The position numbers were made by a program, and so were the translations under genes. Shown here one piece after another: positions 38,790 to 52,529 of a DNA stretch of 64,000 bases. The stretch comes from Chiloscyllium plagiosum (lineage: Eukaryota): the NCBI RefSeq assembly GCF_004010195.1, contig NC_057755.1:635581-699580 (forward strand), read 5' to 3'. Positions within the stretch are counted from its first letter, which is position 1, and the number at the start of each line of letters is the position of its first letter. Below the pieces are notes generated by a model. That model was not told the DNA's origin. It made no database searches and saw nothing but the letters and a program-made list of their open reading frames with translations.

Positions 38790-41700
38790 GCAGACTGGGC
38801 TTGGTTGGATTCATTGCGAACGAACATGGAAACAGTCTGTTTGTTCCAAATTGTCAATGCAGAGCAAATATTCTATAATAATCTACTGCCATTTGCCCCA
38901 ATATCCCCCGAAACCTTTCCCCTTCATTTACCCATTCGGTTGCTTTTTAAATGTTGACATTGTACCAGCCTCCATCATTTCTTCTGACAGTTCACTTCAT
39001 ATATGTACCATTGTTTATGTGAAAGATGTTTTACCTTTGAAATCATTTCCCTCTCACCCGAAACCTATGCTCTCTATCTCTGGACTCCCACACATCAGGG
39101 AAAAGACCTTGTTTACTTACTCAATCCATGACCCTCATGATTTGCTCAACCTCTATGAGGCCATCCATAGCCTCTAGCTGTCCATTAAAAATAGATCTTT
39201 TCAGCCTTTCACGATTACTTAAATCCTCCAAAGCTGGTAACATCCTTGTAAATCTTTTCTGAATCCTTCCATGCTTCAAACTATCCTTCCTTTCAAAGTG
39301 AGACCAGAATTGCACACACATCTTCCAAATGCGGCGCAAACAACGTCGTGTTTGGCACAACATGACTTCACAACTCCTATAATCAATGATCTGACCAATA
39401 CAGAAGCACATACTAAAACGCCGTCCTCACCATCCTGTCTACCGAAGACTCCACTTCCAGAGAACTATGAAACTGCACTGCAAGGTCTCTTTGTTCAGTA
39501 ACACTCCACAGGATCTTACCAATAAGTGTACAAGTCCTGCCTTGATTTGCCGTTCCAAAATGCAGCACCTCGCATTTATCTAATTTAAATTCCATCCACT
39601 AACCATCGGTCAATTGGCCATCTGATCAAGATCACATTGTACTCTGTGGTTACCTTTTTTCACTGTCTGCTACACTTCCAATTTTATTGACATTTGAAAT
39701 TTTATTATACACACTGAACGACTTCCTCGCCATCCCAACATTAACACTGTGGTAGTCCCAGACTACGTTTGGAAAGTTGCAATCCCTTACCATTACTACA
39801 CTGTTATTCTGTGAAATAACTGAGAAACCGTTACACATTTGTTTCTCAATTTCCCACTGTCTCGTGGGGAGTCTCCAGAACAATCCCAATAACGTAATCA
39901 GCCATTTCTTAATTCTCTGTCCCACCCAAATAGCATCCCTGGATGTATTCCCAGGAATATCCACCCTAGATCCAGCTGTAATGTCTTTCCTTTACCAAAA
40001 AGCAACTCCCCCTCGTCTCTTGTGCGTCTTCCTTTCATTCAAACAGAATTTCTCCCCTGGAACGTCATACTGCCAGTCCTGTCCATCCCTGAATACATCT
40101 GTGTAATTGCTATGATATCTCAGACCCATGTTTCCAAACACGTCCTCAGTTGACCTGCTTTCACTGTTAGGAATCTTGTATAGCAATAAATGCATTTTAT
40201 TTTGTCAGCCCGACCGAGTTCACTGCTTTGTTACTGCCTGTCCTGACTATTGGACTTGCTTCTTTTCCCAACTGCATCAATCTCAGAAAGATCTCTTTCC
40301 TCACTATCTCCCTGGCCACACCTTTCCCCATACTCTCGCAACCTGCGTGCCATGGATATTGGAATTTTGTCATCAGTACCTGTCTCAGCCTGATCACTTT
40401 CCTCTGCCCACAACCTCCACCATGCCCCAAAACATCTCCGCACCACCTAGTTCATTCTTACCAGTTTAAATATTCCTGAGCAACTCTCGTTCATCTCACT
40501 GACAGTAAATTAGTTCTCTTCGAATTCAGGTCCACCTCAAACAGTTCACTTCGACACCAGAAAATTTCCCAAAGATCCAAAAATGTGAGCCCTTCTCCCC
40601 TGCAACAGCAGCACAGCCACACTTTCATCTGCGCAATCCTCATTATCCTATTCTCACCTGCTCCTGTCCCCCAGAGTAATCCAGATATTGCTCCCCACAA
40701 GGACCTTCTTTTATTTAATGCCTAAACTCTTTTATTCTCTCTTCAGAATTTCATCATTTTTCCTTCCTATATCGTTGGTTCCAATGTATGCAATTATCTC
40801 CTGCTGTTCCCTCTCCCCTTTGAGAAGATTCTGCACCCTCTCTGAGATATTCTTGATCCTGGCACCAGTGAGCCAAGAGGCGCTTTTGGCCACAGCGAAC
40901 TCTGTCTGTGCCTCTGACGACTGAGTCCCCTATCGCAACTGATCATTTGGATCATGACGTACTCTTCGTTACATTTGAACCAGGCTTGGTACTGGAAACG
41001 TTGCTGTTCGATCGACATTCACCTAAGAGTTCATGACACCCAATGTTTTCCAAAAGGTCATGCATGATTAAGATAGAAGATTAAGATAGAAATAGCCACA
41101 GGAGACTCTTCTACTATCTGCCTCCATCTCTTACATTTCCTTGTAGTAAGTCAACGACCTGAACATATCTGTGATTTCCCCCCTTCCTGTAGCTGTCATC
41201 CATCAGATCCCCTTAGCTGCTGGAAATTCCATATTGCCTCTAACTGCTGTTCCAACTGATTCACGAGATCTGATAAGATTCTCAACCAATGACAGTTCCT
41301 GAAGGCATAATCGTCAATAACATGGAAGCTCTCCCTAATGTCCCACATCCGATAGGAAGAGAACATCACTTCACTAAAGGCCGTCTTTGTTCCTTGATAA
41401 TCTACAGGAACAGAACACACCACAGCCTTATTGCTGCAAATGATACTGTTCCTGGCTAAAGTAGGTCTGGTGCTTTATATATTTTCTTAATCAAGAGAAA
41501 GATTTCAATCAAATTAATTCATTCTACTAGTATTGTCGATTTACTAAAAAAAAATGTCAGCAGGATTACATTTAAAAACCATGCACTTATCTGGTCCTGC
41601 GCTGTGCACTCACCCACACAGGTTTGTCAAAGGTAAGCTATGATTTTCGCTGTTTGTTGATTTATCTTGAATGCATGCTGTTGCGCAGAAAAAAATGAAC

Positions 41701-41980
41701 TCAAACAGCAAAGGCAGCAGATGTGCAGTGTTTTCTCTCTCTATCTCTTTCTCTCTCTGTCTTTCACTGATAATGTGTTGTATCTAACTTTACCTCCGCT
41801 CCGCCTTTTTGAAGTTGTGTTGTTTTGATCTTCCTTGTACCCAAATTTCCAAAACAATGCAATAGCTCATAAAATAATAATTACTCTTCTAGGATTTGGT
41901 GGACGTAATCTATGACCCTAAAATACGTCAAAAAAGCAGTAGCTCTTACAGCCACAATCTTTTCACGCACTCCAATTAGG
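38790..41980 (-). mobile_element. Degraded CR1 LINE with ORF1 remnant inside the GPCR intron, copy B
   Basis: FKLDKCEVLHFG, endonuclease-like DCNFPNVVW, ORF1 zinc-finger/coiled-coil-like MWDIRES..NCHWLRILSDLVNQLEQQLEA. Confidence 0.85.
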
Positions 41981-42946
41981 ATTGCCTGGAATTGTCTGGT
42001 CAGTATTTGACAAAACAAAAACATGAGTTATTGCACTTGAGATGCTATTATTTCATAGACAATATTAATAATCTGAGAAAGTTTTGATTCATCGTTAAAG
42101 GCACAAATCTTGATCGAAGCCCCCTTTGTGATGATAAATTGGAGATATTATAACTTACTAAATCTCTCATAGTTTGTTTTAGTAAATGAACAACTCCTTG
42201 CCATGATTAGCAAATGTTTTAATTTCGCTTGCACATTCAATCAGCAATTAATGCAAAATGGAAATGGAGAGATGTAACTATTTTTATTGCATTCTCTATA
42301 GAATGTGACTCGAATGGTTTTGGAATATGCTTGATGATATTTTATGAATTAACTACACAATGAAAAACAAAACAGACATTTCACTACTGCAATTACTGAA
42401 TGTAAGTAAGATCTCTCTAACTCTCTTATTGTGTTCTAATCATGACCATGGCAATTAACATTTAAATTGATAATCCGAATACTCAGCTATCCATAGACTG
42501 TATAAGATTTCACAAGACTTCTGTAAAAAAAACTTTAATTAGTGGTGAGAATAATTAACAGGTTAAGCAATGTTAACCTAATGAATTGACAAGTTCTTAT
42601 GTTCTAAAGTTAGTTACCATTATTCCTCCACATAGAAAATTTATTTATGCATTGTAAAGATTATGAAGCGAAAAATGCTTATTCAGGGAACAACTGGAAG
42701 CTTGTTGACCACTCTGAAATTCAATTTAACTCTGCACAGTTTTCCAATAGTGGAAACGGACAAACAGCAGCAGGCCATTTAACCCACCAAGCGAATTCAC
42801 TCCTCAGTCTTTCTCCAATCCCACAGAATGCAAGCAATTTATGGCACCAAAAGCAGTCATTCGTGCAAATATCAACTGAAGATGAGAGTTAATTGTTCTG
42901 AACCCACTTTCCAGCACCTGGTTCACACAGCATTGAAGGTTTCTAT

Positions 42947-44172
42947 ACTTCACGCGCAGATCCAAGTTCCCTTAAAATGAGTTAAAATTGGTCACATCAA
43001 GCCACCATCAAAACTGAGCAAAGGATTCCAGTCGCACATCATCTTCTGAATGAACTAACAGGCCTCCTGCCGTCGATAATTGTCCTCTCAACACCTAACA
43101 TCAATCTTGTAAATCACTTCGGTACTCTCCTCAGTGCCATTCTGTCCTCACTTGTCTGTGCTGACCAGCACTGTGCACTAAACCGCATGTGCGTGAGCCA
43201 CCCTGCTTCTCATGTAGTTCCAGTGTTACAGATCTGACTGGGAGTGAGAGAATTTGTTTTGCACTTGCTGTGGTGCAGAGTGAGAAAGTAGAACCTTTGG
43301 GAGAAATAATATAGAATTACATCTCAGTGTGGATGTCTGATCATGGTCAAGGGCATATAATGGATCTGGATGGATAAAGCTTGTGGGGAATCTGTTTGAA
43401 GAGTGGGGTAAGTTTTTCAGATCCACAGGAGTTAGTCTGAGTGTTTAATAGCCTCACTTTTCTTCTGACACCAACTAATTAATTATAGAATAAGCCAGAT
43501 CCGAGTCAGAAATTCAGCTTGATGGGTGACAACATTATTTGTTTCGATTTAACAACGCCACTTCACGCGCAGATCCAATTTCCCTTAAAATGAGTTAAAA
43601 TTGGTCACTTCAAGCCACCATCAAAACTGAGCAAAGGATTCCAGTCGCACATCATCTTCTGAATGAACTAACAGGCCTCCTGCCGTCGATAATTGTCCTC
43701 TCAACACCTAATATCAATCTTGTAAATCACTTCGGTACTCTCCTCAGTGCCATTCTGTCCTCACTTGTCTGTGCTGACCAGCACTGTGCACTAAACCGCA
43801 TGTGCGTGAGCCACCCTGCTTCTCATGTAGTTCCAGTGTTACAGATCTGACTGGGAGTGAGAGAATTTGTTTTGCACTTGCTGTGGTGCAGAGTGAGAAA
43901 GTAGAACCTTTGGGAGAAATAATATAGAATTACATCTCAGTGTGGATGTCTGATCATGGTCAAGGGCATATAATGGATCTGGGTGGATAAAGCTTGTGGG
44001 CAATCTGTTTGAAGAGTGGGGTAAGTTTTTCAGATCCACAGGAGTTAGTCTGAGTGTTTAATAGCCTCACTTTTCTTCTGACACCAACTAATTAATTATA
44101 GAATAAGCCAGATCCGAGTCAGAAATTCAGCTTGATGGGTGACAACATTATTTGTTTCGATTTAACAACGCC
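42947..44172. repeat. 613-bp tandem duplication within the GPCR intron
   Basis: acttcacgcgcagatcc at 42947 and 43560; few substitutions; single copy in units A and C. Confidence 0.95.
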
Positions 44173-45188
44173 ATCTCTTGCTGAATCACAAAGACACAAT
44201 GCTGCTCAACGAAACAGCCGTTTATTGGAAAAGAAATGACGATAAAATAGAATAATCCAATCGACGTACCTATAACGCAGATTCACAGACAATGAACATG
44301 GTGTAAATGTATAATTTGTATAAAACTCAAAACAATGCATAAATGAAACAAAAGTTCTCGACTTTTATATGTAATACAAAACAGGACTCCCAGTGCCGTT
44401 CCAAAGAAAACAACCCTCATATAAAGTTAAATATCACACAACACCAGCAGGTTATCGTCCAACAGGTATCATTGTAAGCACTAGCTTTTGAAACACTGTT
44501 CCTTCATCTGAAGTGCTTCCAATGAAACCTATAACCTGGTGTTGTGTGATTTTTTTTTAACTTTGTACACCCCAGTCCAACACCGACACCTCCAAATCAT
44601 AACCCTCATGTAATATTCACACCAGAATCCCTCCATCTATCAGTTAGTTACATGACTTGTGACTGCCACGTCGAAACTGGAATCGCAGTAAATGTCTTCC
44701 TGTAGCTACTGCATGCCTGAGTGTCAATGTACTCAGCTTTAAACAATCTCTTCAAAGATTTCTATTTGTCCCAACACTTCTGTCTGGGACCAACACAACA
44801 TTTTCATTCCAAGGCAATGTAATTTACTAAAATGTCCTATTTCTGTCACATGAGCACAGATCTGCACATCCACTCAGTTTCAGCATCTTCCAGAAATGAT
44901 GAAATGATAAAAGTGAAAATAACGCTTTTTCAAATAAGGGTTTCTTCCTTAATCGCACTGCTTATTCACTCTAGAAACCAGTTCCATACTCAAACGAAAT
45001 GATTTTGCACTCTCGATATAAAAATACCACCGATGAATCTTTTCCAAAGTGATTCCTTGCCTTACTGCCTCTGAACATCTCTGTTGTCTCCACTTGAAAT
45101 GGAATTTTCTGGAACGTTCCCGGATGAGATGAATAATTTTCCAGGTAATTTCTGCGAAATCTGCGATGGTGGGGATTCCATGGGGTGT

Positions 45189-45454
45189 TTCCAATCTGAG
45201 ACTATATTCCTGATCGTATGCCACTGTGTGACTTTTTGGCCCATGTATCATTGTCAGTCGCAATATTCATAATATCCAGAATCCTCACACAGATTGACAC
45301 AAATATAATGGTGCAAGATACTTCCAATCTGAGACTATATTACTGATCGTATGCCACTGTGTGACGTTTTGGCCCATGTATCATTGTCAGTCGCAATATT
45401 CATAATATCCAGAATCCTCACACAGATTGACACAAATATAATGGTGCAAGATAC
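45189..45454. repeat. 133-bp tandem duplication abutting the splice donor
   Basis: ttccaatctgagactatatt at 45189 and 45322; single copy at ~21440-21570. Confidence 0.93.
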
Positions 45455-45458
45455 TTAC

Positions 45459-45525
45459 CAGGAATTGTTTCAAATGGAAGGGTCATGTAAAATATTCTCC
45501 GCACATGATAAATTGAGAACGTCAT
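45459..45525 (-). pseudogene. GPCR exon 1, copy B (intact ATG and donor)
   Basis: ATG at 45525-45523, MTFSIYHVRRIFYMTLPFETIP+G|gtaagt; phase 1 joins TT of exon 2 to give ...IP-V-NFLLIVVL (TM1). Confidence 0.8.
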
Positions 45526-45584
45526 TTTCTGCCAGAATCTCTTTGTGTAGGCAATCTCTCTGTACTAAATCTCAAAGGCTTTCA

Positions 45585-45604
45585 TTTATATCTGCTGATA
45601 TTGG
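45585..45604 (-). promoter_or_regulatory. Putative core promoter: TATAAA with adjacent CCAAT
   Basis: TATAAA at 45590-45585, 60 bp upstream of the ATG; CCAAT at 45604-45600; both also present in copy A (21701-21720). Confidence 0.55.
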
Positions 45605-48599
45605 CTGGGGTACTGTGACAATACAATTTTTTTCAATTTATTTATGTACGAAATTGAATAAACAGGTGACAGCAGTGAGTTAACTCCCAGTTGTCACTGT
45701 TTTCTTTCTGAAGTGAGGTTTATTGGTTGATGCAAATCTCAATTGGTCAATAGCAAACTATGGCACATGAATACTGAATAAAAACATAGAATCATTCCAA
45801 CGTGGAAGCAGACCAATGAGCCCATCGAGTCCACACTGACCCTGCAAAGGGTTTCCCAAACAGATCCGCCCGCTGGCCCTGTGAGGCAGCACGGCTAACC
45901 ACTGAGCCACTGTACCACCTTGTATAAAAGCATTGACACCCAACACCATCTATCCAACAATGAAATCTCATTTTCTTTCAGTGTCGTCCTTCCCTTGCCT
46001 TTGACTGTTTAGAAGTGAAATTCCAGTAATTGAATGTCTCTCTGAGAAGTATTCTTCTCAACACTGGGATGTGGCTGCCTTGGTTATCAGCGACTCGTCT
46101 GTGAAGAGATGATAGTCGGTTAAAGGAGACAATTCAATAAATCCAACATCGCAAGAAAATACAGCTTCTGAAACAGATAAATCGTTTTTCCCAATTAAGG
46201 CATAAATTGAAACAGGTAAAATAAATCACTGAAGTATGCCGCTGATCGTTATATAATCTCTAATCAACACAGAACCTCCTACCAGGGTAAGAGTGTCCTG
46301 TGCATGTTTCAGAGCTGACTCTGAGACATACATAATGTATGTAGCAGCATATGGGGATGAGTTATTCTCTGCCCTGCAGTGTCCAGAGCATGTGCAGAGA
46401 AGGAACATAAAAGACCTGACTGAGGATAGGATGGAACAGTTTAAAGCAAGATGTTGGAGTGAGGCCAGAGAGGGATTTGCACACACAACGACATAGCAAT
46501 GTCAAATTTTGAAAATGTTTGAGTGGGATTCGATTCTGTCAATGAAGCTTGTAGTGATAGAATAATCGGACTGGGTGTGAGGACTGATAAAGGACAGAAA
46601 ACACAGAGCAGGAATAAATATGGTTTCTTCATGTTGTCAGGCTGGTATTAGTGAATGCAAAACGATCATTTCTCCAGTCGTAGCCATTTATAACCTCCAT
46701 CAATAAATGTGATAATGGGGTCATGTGTGACATTTGTTGATAGCACAAGGTTAGGTGGGACAGTAAAGACAAGGAGCATATAGGAAAGCTGAGAAGAGGA
46801 AGGACAGGTACACTTTGAGTGAGTGATAACAAAATTATCTGTGCAATTTAATGTAGCGAAATGTGAGGCATTCTTCATTCATTTCAGTCTTGGAAAGATT
46901 TCACACCATCTATAAACTTTTAGATACTTATCCTAGTCCTAAAACAAGAGGCAACAAGAAGCCTTTTGGTTCATTTAGTACCAGTAGTTTCCATTTTTCT
47001 CCTGAAAATCTTATTCATCTCAGACCCTACGAAATTTGAGGAATTCAACCCCACATCTGGTCATGATTGAACCCTTGCTGTCCCACTGTATTACCAGTCA
47101 ATTGATGCTTCACTCAAGTAGACATAGACTCCAACTCCCCAGTTTTTTTATATTTTTCCTGATTTATAGAGTCAGTTTGGTGCTGTGTTAACATCAAATG
47201 GCAGCAGTAGACACAGATAAAATGGCTGAGTGAATCTATCAGAACCATCAGTCCGGAATTGACAGAGTCCAGGATGGTACATTGTCTCAACATTGCCTCA
47301 CATTGTCGAGAACGTTACAGAACAACTTCAGCATGTGGGGTTTTCTGGGGTGCGACAGGAGCAAGAGCGGAAAGTGTGGAAAGTTAAGAACCCGTGGTCC
47401 TTGTGCACACTGGCACCAATTTCTGAAAACGAAGTCACTCTTCAGAGACAGACATCCTGTCATTAATCTCACTTTATTTACAAATGCATCATTTTGACAG
47501 TAGCCTCTCGTTGAGACTGATGATCACTATCTCAGATCCCTGAAATTCATCCTTTTATTTCAGATTGGGCTCTCTGATCGGATCAGATCCATATCCCCAA
47601 GCAACGAACTTATATCCTATGGGAGCCAGTTGGCTGACCTCATGACTATAACAGGTAGAAACAGCGGTGAATTCCCATCAGTAAAATGTAGCAAATCGGG
47701 CAAGATATTGTAAACCCGATCTCCCTGTTACTCTGCACGCACATTAGGTGAATGAACATTTGGCTTGAAGCATTGGTTTCAGGAGGAAGGGCCTTGGGTG
47801 CCTCGATTATTGGTGAGGTTTCTGTAGCTGGTGAAATCTGGTTACATGGGTGTTGCTTTAACTGGATGGGGATTGCTGCTCTTCTGGGGAAACATATTCA
47901 TGCCATTGTTAAACGTTCGTTCAATCTTGTCAGAGCGTGTTGGGAACCTGGGAAAAACTCGGTTAGCAGGGAATTGAAGCTGGCCAATTGAAGTATTAAA
48001 TCTGTGACAGAAGGGGAAATGCAACAAAAACATGTTCTGGATCCACGAAAATGTTTTGCTTCAGAATCCTAATCTTCAGGATCAGACCCTTACATGCCTC
48101 ACAGAATCAGGGGCAGAGCTCTTTGTGGAGCGCTACTTTCTCATTTTAGGGATATCCTCAATACTGTATCCGTTAAGTTAGACAGTGACTGTCGAAATTT
48201 CACCTTTATGTTTTGTCATTTATTATGACGCTTGCGGTATTTGAGCAGAAATAGCACATTAAAAGTATTAGCATATTACATCTAACATGTTTGAAATGAT
48301 ACGGGAGAACAGATGTATGCATGCAGCAAGTTAATTTACTTTCTCCAAAACACACAGAGGCAATGCAATACCATGAATTTACAGTTTTATTGTATTGGAG
48401 AAGAGTGATCTTAAAATGGTTGAATTACGTATTAAGATGAAGCATGAAGAATTTGAATCTGAAACGCGACTCCTGAATCTAAATAACGAATTGATGTATA
48501 AATGAACAGTGGTAGATTGATGATTCTCAGTAAAGTGGTTCTCAGTGGATTGATATTTGCTAAAGAGGAAGAAATGCTTGAATGGCTTTCAACAATTAT

Positions 48600-49845
48600 T
48601 TAGGTGCCTCCAGGTCAGCAATGCGTCAGGAACGTGATAGTGGGAGGCCCTGCGTGATTCTAGATCTGATCGAGAAGCTTTCTTTTTCCCAACCATTGAT
48701 TGAGGCTGCACTAATATTGATGGTGGAGAGCAGTCGGATTCATTTGTGGAATCCCTACCCAAAGCCTACTTTAGAGAGAACATCCCACATGAATGTGTGC
48801 AAGATCCTGTCAAGGACGTCCTGGTGCATACTGATGACGCAGGCTTCCAACTCCCCTGTCCTGCATGGACGCGATTCTATCCTTGTGAATTGTCAGGCTG
48901 TCTGGACAGATCATGTCTGTTCGGGGTAAATCACTGATCCTAAAGCAGAACTGATTCTGTTGGTGATGGACTTATTCAGAACATTTTAATTTATATTAAC
49001 CAATGAAATTTGTCGGTGGCCGTCCTTCTTCCCCTTCTTATTGTTTTTGAGAGGGATGGTACCTTTCCTCATGGATTCACACAGACTACCTGATAGAAGC
49101 ATACTGATGTTCACTTCCAGCATGTTCTGGTGAATCAAGTTCCTCAGAGAGTTGCATGTGACTCAGCTGGTAAGCCGTCACTCTGTGAGTCTTACTTGTT
49201 TCTAAGTACTCGAGGGCCTTGGTCAGCACACCAAGAAATAGCGGTTGTATCATCTTCTCCCATGCGCTGTCCTCTGAGACCTACATGATAGGGAAGAAAA
49301 ACTCGGAGCGTCTGCTATCTGTGGGCTTTGTGTCACACAGTTTGGCATGAAAGGATTTGCTGATACTCAGGGTGTTAAGCTGAGGTAACATTACAGATCC
49401 ATCTTCTCCCTTCAGGCTCTGAGCACAAAGCTTTCCTTGTGAAACGTTTGGAAAAGGAAACGAGAGCTCGTCTCATCCTGTTACACAATGCGGACCCTGA
49501 ACCAAGAGATTATCTTGGAGGCTGCTGAGGTAAAAAGAAAGGATTGCTGGATCTTCATCTCCTGGATATCCTCCAAGACATCGATTTCCATCATCTACAG
49601 CAGGTGCAGGTTCTGCACACTTTCCTGGGGTTTTCACAGTTCTCGCCGTTTCTTTCACACATTCAGAGGACCACCGTGAATAAAGATCCTCTTGATGTTC
49701 CCCTTGACTGTTTCCCACAAATCCGATGGAGATTCAAAGAGGGGCTTCACGGTTCTACATCCTGTGGAATCACGTTTAAGCTCCTCCATGGTTTCTGCGA
49801 TCAGCAGTTTCACGTTCAAATTCCACGTTCCCTTGCTGACTAGTC
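48600..49845 (-). mobile_element. Degraded Tx1-type LINE ORF2, copy B
   Basis: GTWNLNVKLL..DLWETVKGNIKRIFI; ASKIISWFRVR; VIYPEQT. Confidence 0.78.
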
Positions 49846-49987
49846 GTGAATTTATTAAGATGCCACAGTATGATGTTTGTGACAATGAACGGTTGGCTCG
49901 ACGTTGCCATACCGAACAGGAAAATAGTTGTGCAGTTAGAGAGGCCACCCTTCCCATGTGCGAAAATCAAAATAAGCAGGAAATTAG
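49846..49987 (-). pseudogene. GPCR exon 2, 5' remnant (TM1-TM2), copy C, fused to Tx1
   Basis: Acceptor ctctttcag|CT AAT; NFLLILIFAHGKGGLSNCTTIFLFGMATSSQPFIVTNIILWHL, then a switch to Tx1 sequence. Confidence 0.85.
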
Positions 49988-52529
49988 CTGAAAGAGGTAG
50001 AAGGTAAAATGCAAATCGGAAATTACTGATCAAACAATCTCTGCGTCTGCCCAGAGATTAATGGAATATCTTCGCACCTGACTGGTTCGTTTGGGAGGAT
50101 TTAGATGTCATGTTTAAATAGGACAGCTCCAATGGCCTGACTCATTCCTGGGTGTAACTAATTCGGTAAGGGAATTGACAGACAACAAGGGCAATAATTG
50201 CTCAGGTGAAAGGCAAGAGGTGTCATGTAATTCCCTGCTTTGGAGGGCGTGGGAATTGAGGCAGGAAACCTCACAGCTTGTAAAGGTTACTTGGATGAGC
50301 AGGTGAAGTGTCAGTAACATTCAAGAGTATAAGTATAATGCTGGAAAAGTCTACAAAGCTTCAGTGTAAATTTGATAACACAAAGTCGATAGACTGAAGA
50401 ACCTATTCTGTACTGTGGGGTTTTATGATTGTAACAATTGCTTCTGGGTGGAAGGTTCGCAGTAAAGCATTTTAATTAAATAAATGGAATAGCTGTGGAT
50501 GCTGGAAACGTGAGCCAGAAACCAAGATAGCTGGAGAAACTCAACAGGTATGGCAACATCTATGAAGATAGAAACAGAGTGAACTGAATCACACTTCGTC
50601 AGAATATTGTGATTTGAACGTGGATCACTAGACTGAAAGTTTTCACTCAGTTTTCTCCCTCCACAAGACCGTGTCATAGCAAGGAAATTACAGTAGTTCA
50701 TTTCTAAAGAGGAATTGAGATTCAAAGTGTTGATATTCTTTTACTATGGAATATTTGCTGGACTGCTCTTTGCATACCGGGGATAGTTCTAGTCACAATA
50801 TTCCAAAAAAAACATGATTTATTGCACTTGAGAAGGTGCAATTATTCGATGAAGAATGCTGACTGAGCAGCAAGTTTTGTTGCATCATTAAAAGCACAAA
50901 CAGCTCTGTATTGATAAAGAGTGTATCTATTAATTCATTGATGCTTCATAGCTTGTTTTGTTAAGTCAACAATTCGTTGTCATCTTTAGTAAATATTCTA
51001 ACATTACTTGCACATCGAGTCAGCAAAGACTGCAATATACAAACAGAGAAATGTCACTGTTCTATTGCATTCTCTGCATTCCCCAACTCAAATAGTTTTG
51101 GGAAGTGCTTGCTGACGTTTTATGAATAAAGTACAGAATGCAAATCAAAACAGTTGACGACTGCATTTACTAAATGGGGATTCTCCACTCAAAATACAAT
51201 AAAAATCTCGTCTGTCTGATTCTCTCTGGTGTTCTAATTATGTCGGTGAATTGAACATTTAGAGTAATAATCTGAATACTCAGCAGCTCATAGTACGTGA
51301 TTTCACAACTTTTCTTTAAAATACACTCTGCTTTATAATGAGAATAACTAAGCAAAGTAAACAATACGAATCTAACTATGTAATTAATAAATTCTTAGAT
51401 TCTAAACTCATTTGAAATTATTCCTCCAGATGACGAATTCATTCATGCATTGTAAAAATAATGAAGCTACGAACATTTCGTCAGAGAACCTCCGGAAGGT
51501 AGCCACGGCCCTCTAGAATTCGCTTTTACATTCCATAGTGTTCCAGTCATTCCTTAGAACCGCTTGAAATGTAAAATACTGAAACAGGTCATTCAGCCCC
51601 CGAAGTGAATTCACTTTAACTCTCATCAGTCCTCCTACAATCCCATAGATCTTCAGGAACGTTTTGGTACTGAAAGAGTTAGTTCATGTCTACATTAAAT
51701 GAATAAACGAGATATCTGTTCTAATCCCACTTTCCAGCAATTGGTCCACTAATCATGAAGATTATATCATTTCAGGTGCCGCTCCAGATTCCCTTTAAAC
51801 GAGTTGACTGTCAACACTTAAAACCGACCATCGTGGGACGTGAATTCCAGACGCAACATCACCTTCCGGATGAAAGGGTTAGCCCTCAGGTCCCCTGTAA
51901 TCCTTCCGCCAATCAGTCTCGCTCTTTGTCTTCTGATAAGTGGTTCTCCATTCAGAATGATGGGTCTACATCAAAGACGCTGATTAATTTGGACACATGA
52001 ATCATATTGCCTCTCATTCCCCGTTGTAATATGGAAAATGACCCTGAACATCAAGGCTGCGCTAATTTCCACGTAGTAGCAACATTCTTGCAATCTCTTC
52101 TATAATTACCCCAATGCAAGAACTGTGCACAAAACAGCAGATGCGAGCGACCAGTGGTCTCATGTAGTTCCAGTGTCACAGGTCTGGCATGGGGTGCAGA
52201 AATTTGAATTGGGTTGGCTCAATGCAAGGTTAGGGGCGTCGTAATTTGGAGAGGGGTGATATAGAAATATGTCACAGTGTGGATGTTGGATCAAGATCTG
52301 TGCAATACAATGGAGCTGGACGGGTACAAATGAAGTGGGGTCTGATTGAAGTGGCGGGTTAGTTAATCACTTCCTCAGGAGTTAGAATGTGTGTTTAATA
52401 ACCTAGCTTCGAATGGGATATAATCTGATGTAATGGTAGAACAGGTCAGATCCCAGACAGAAATCAAACTTGGTGGATCACGTACTTACTTGTTCTGACT
52501 TACTAACGTGGTCTGTTTCTAACTCAGTA

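Larger units (their letters stand above)
29110..49845. repeat. Segmental duplication unit, copy B
   Basis: Collinear with copy A along its whole length; ends inside the Tx1 remnant at a deletion junction. Confidence 0.9.
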
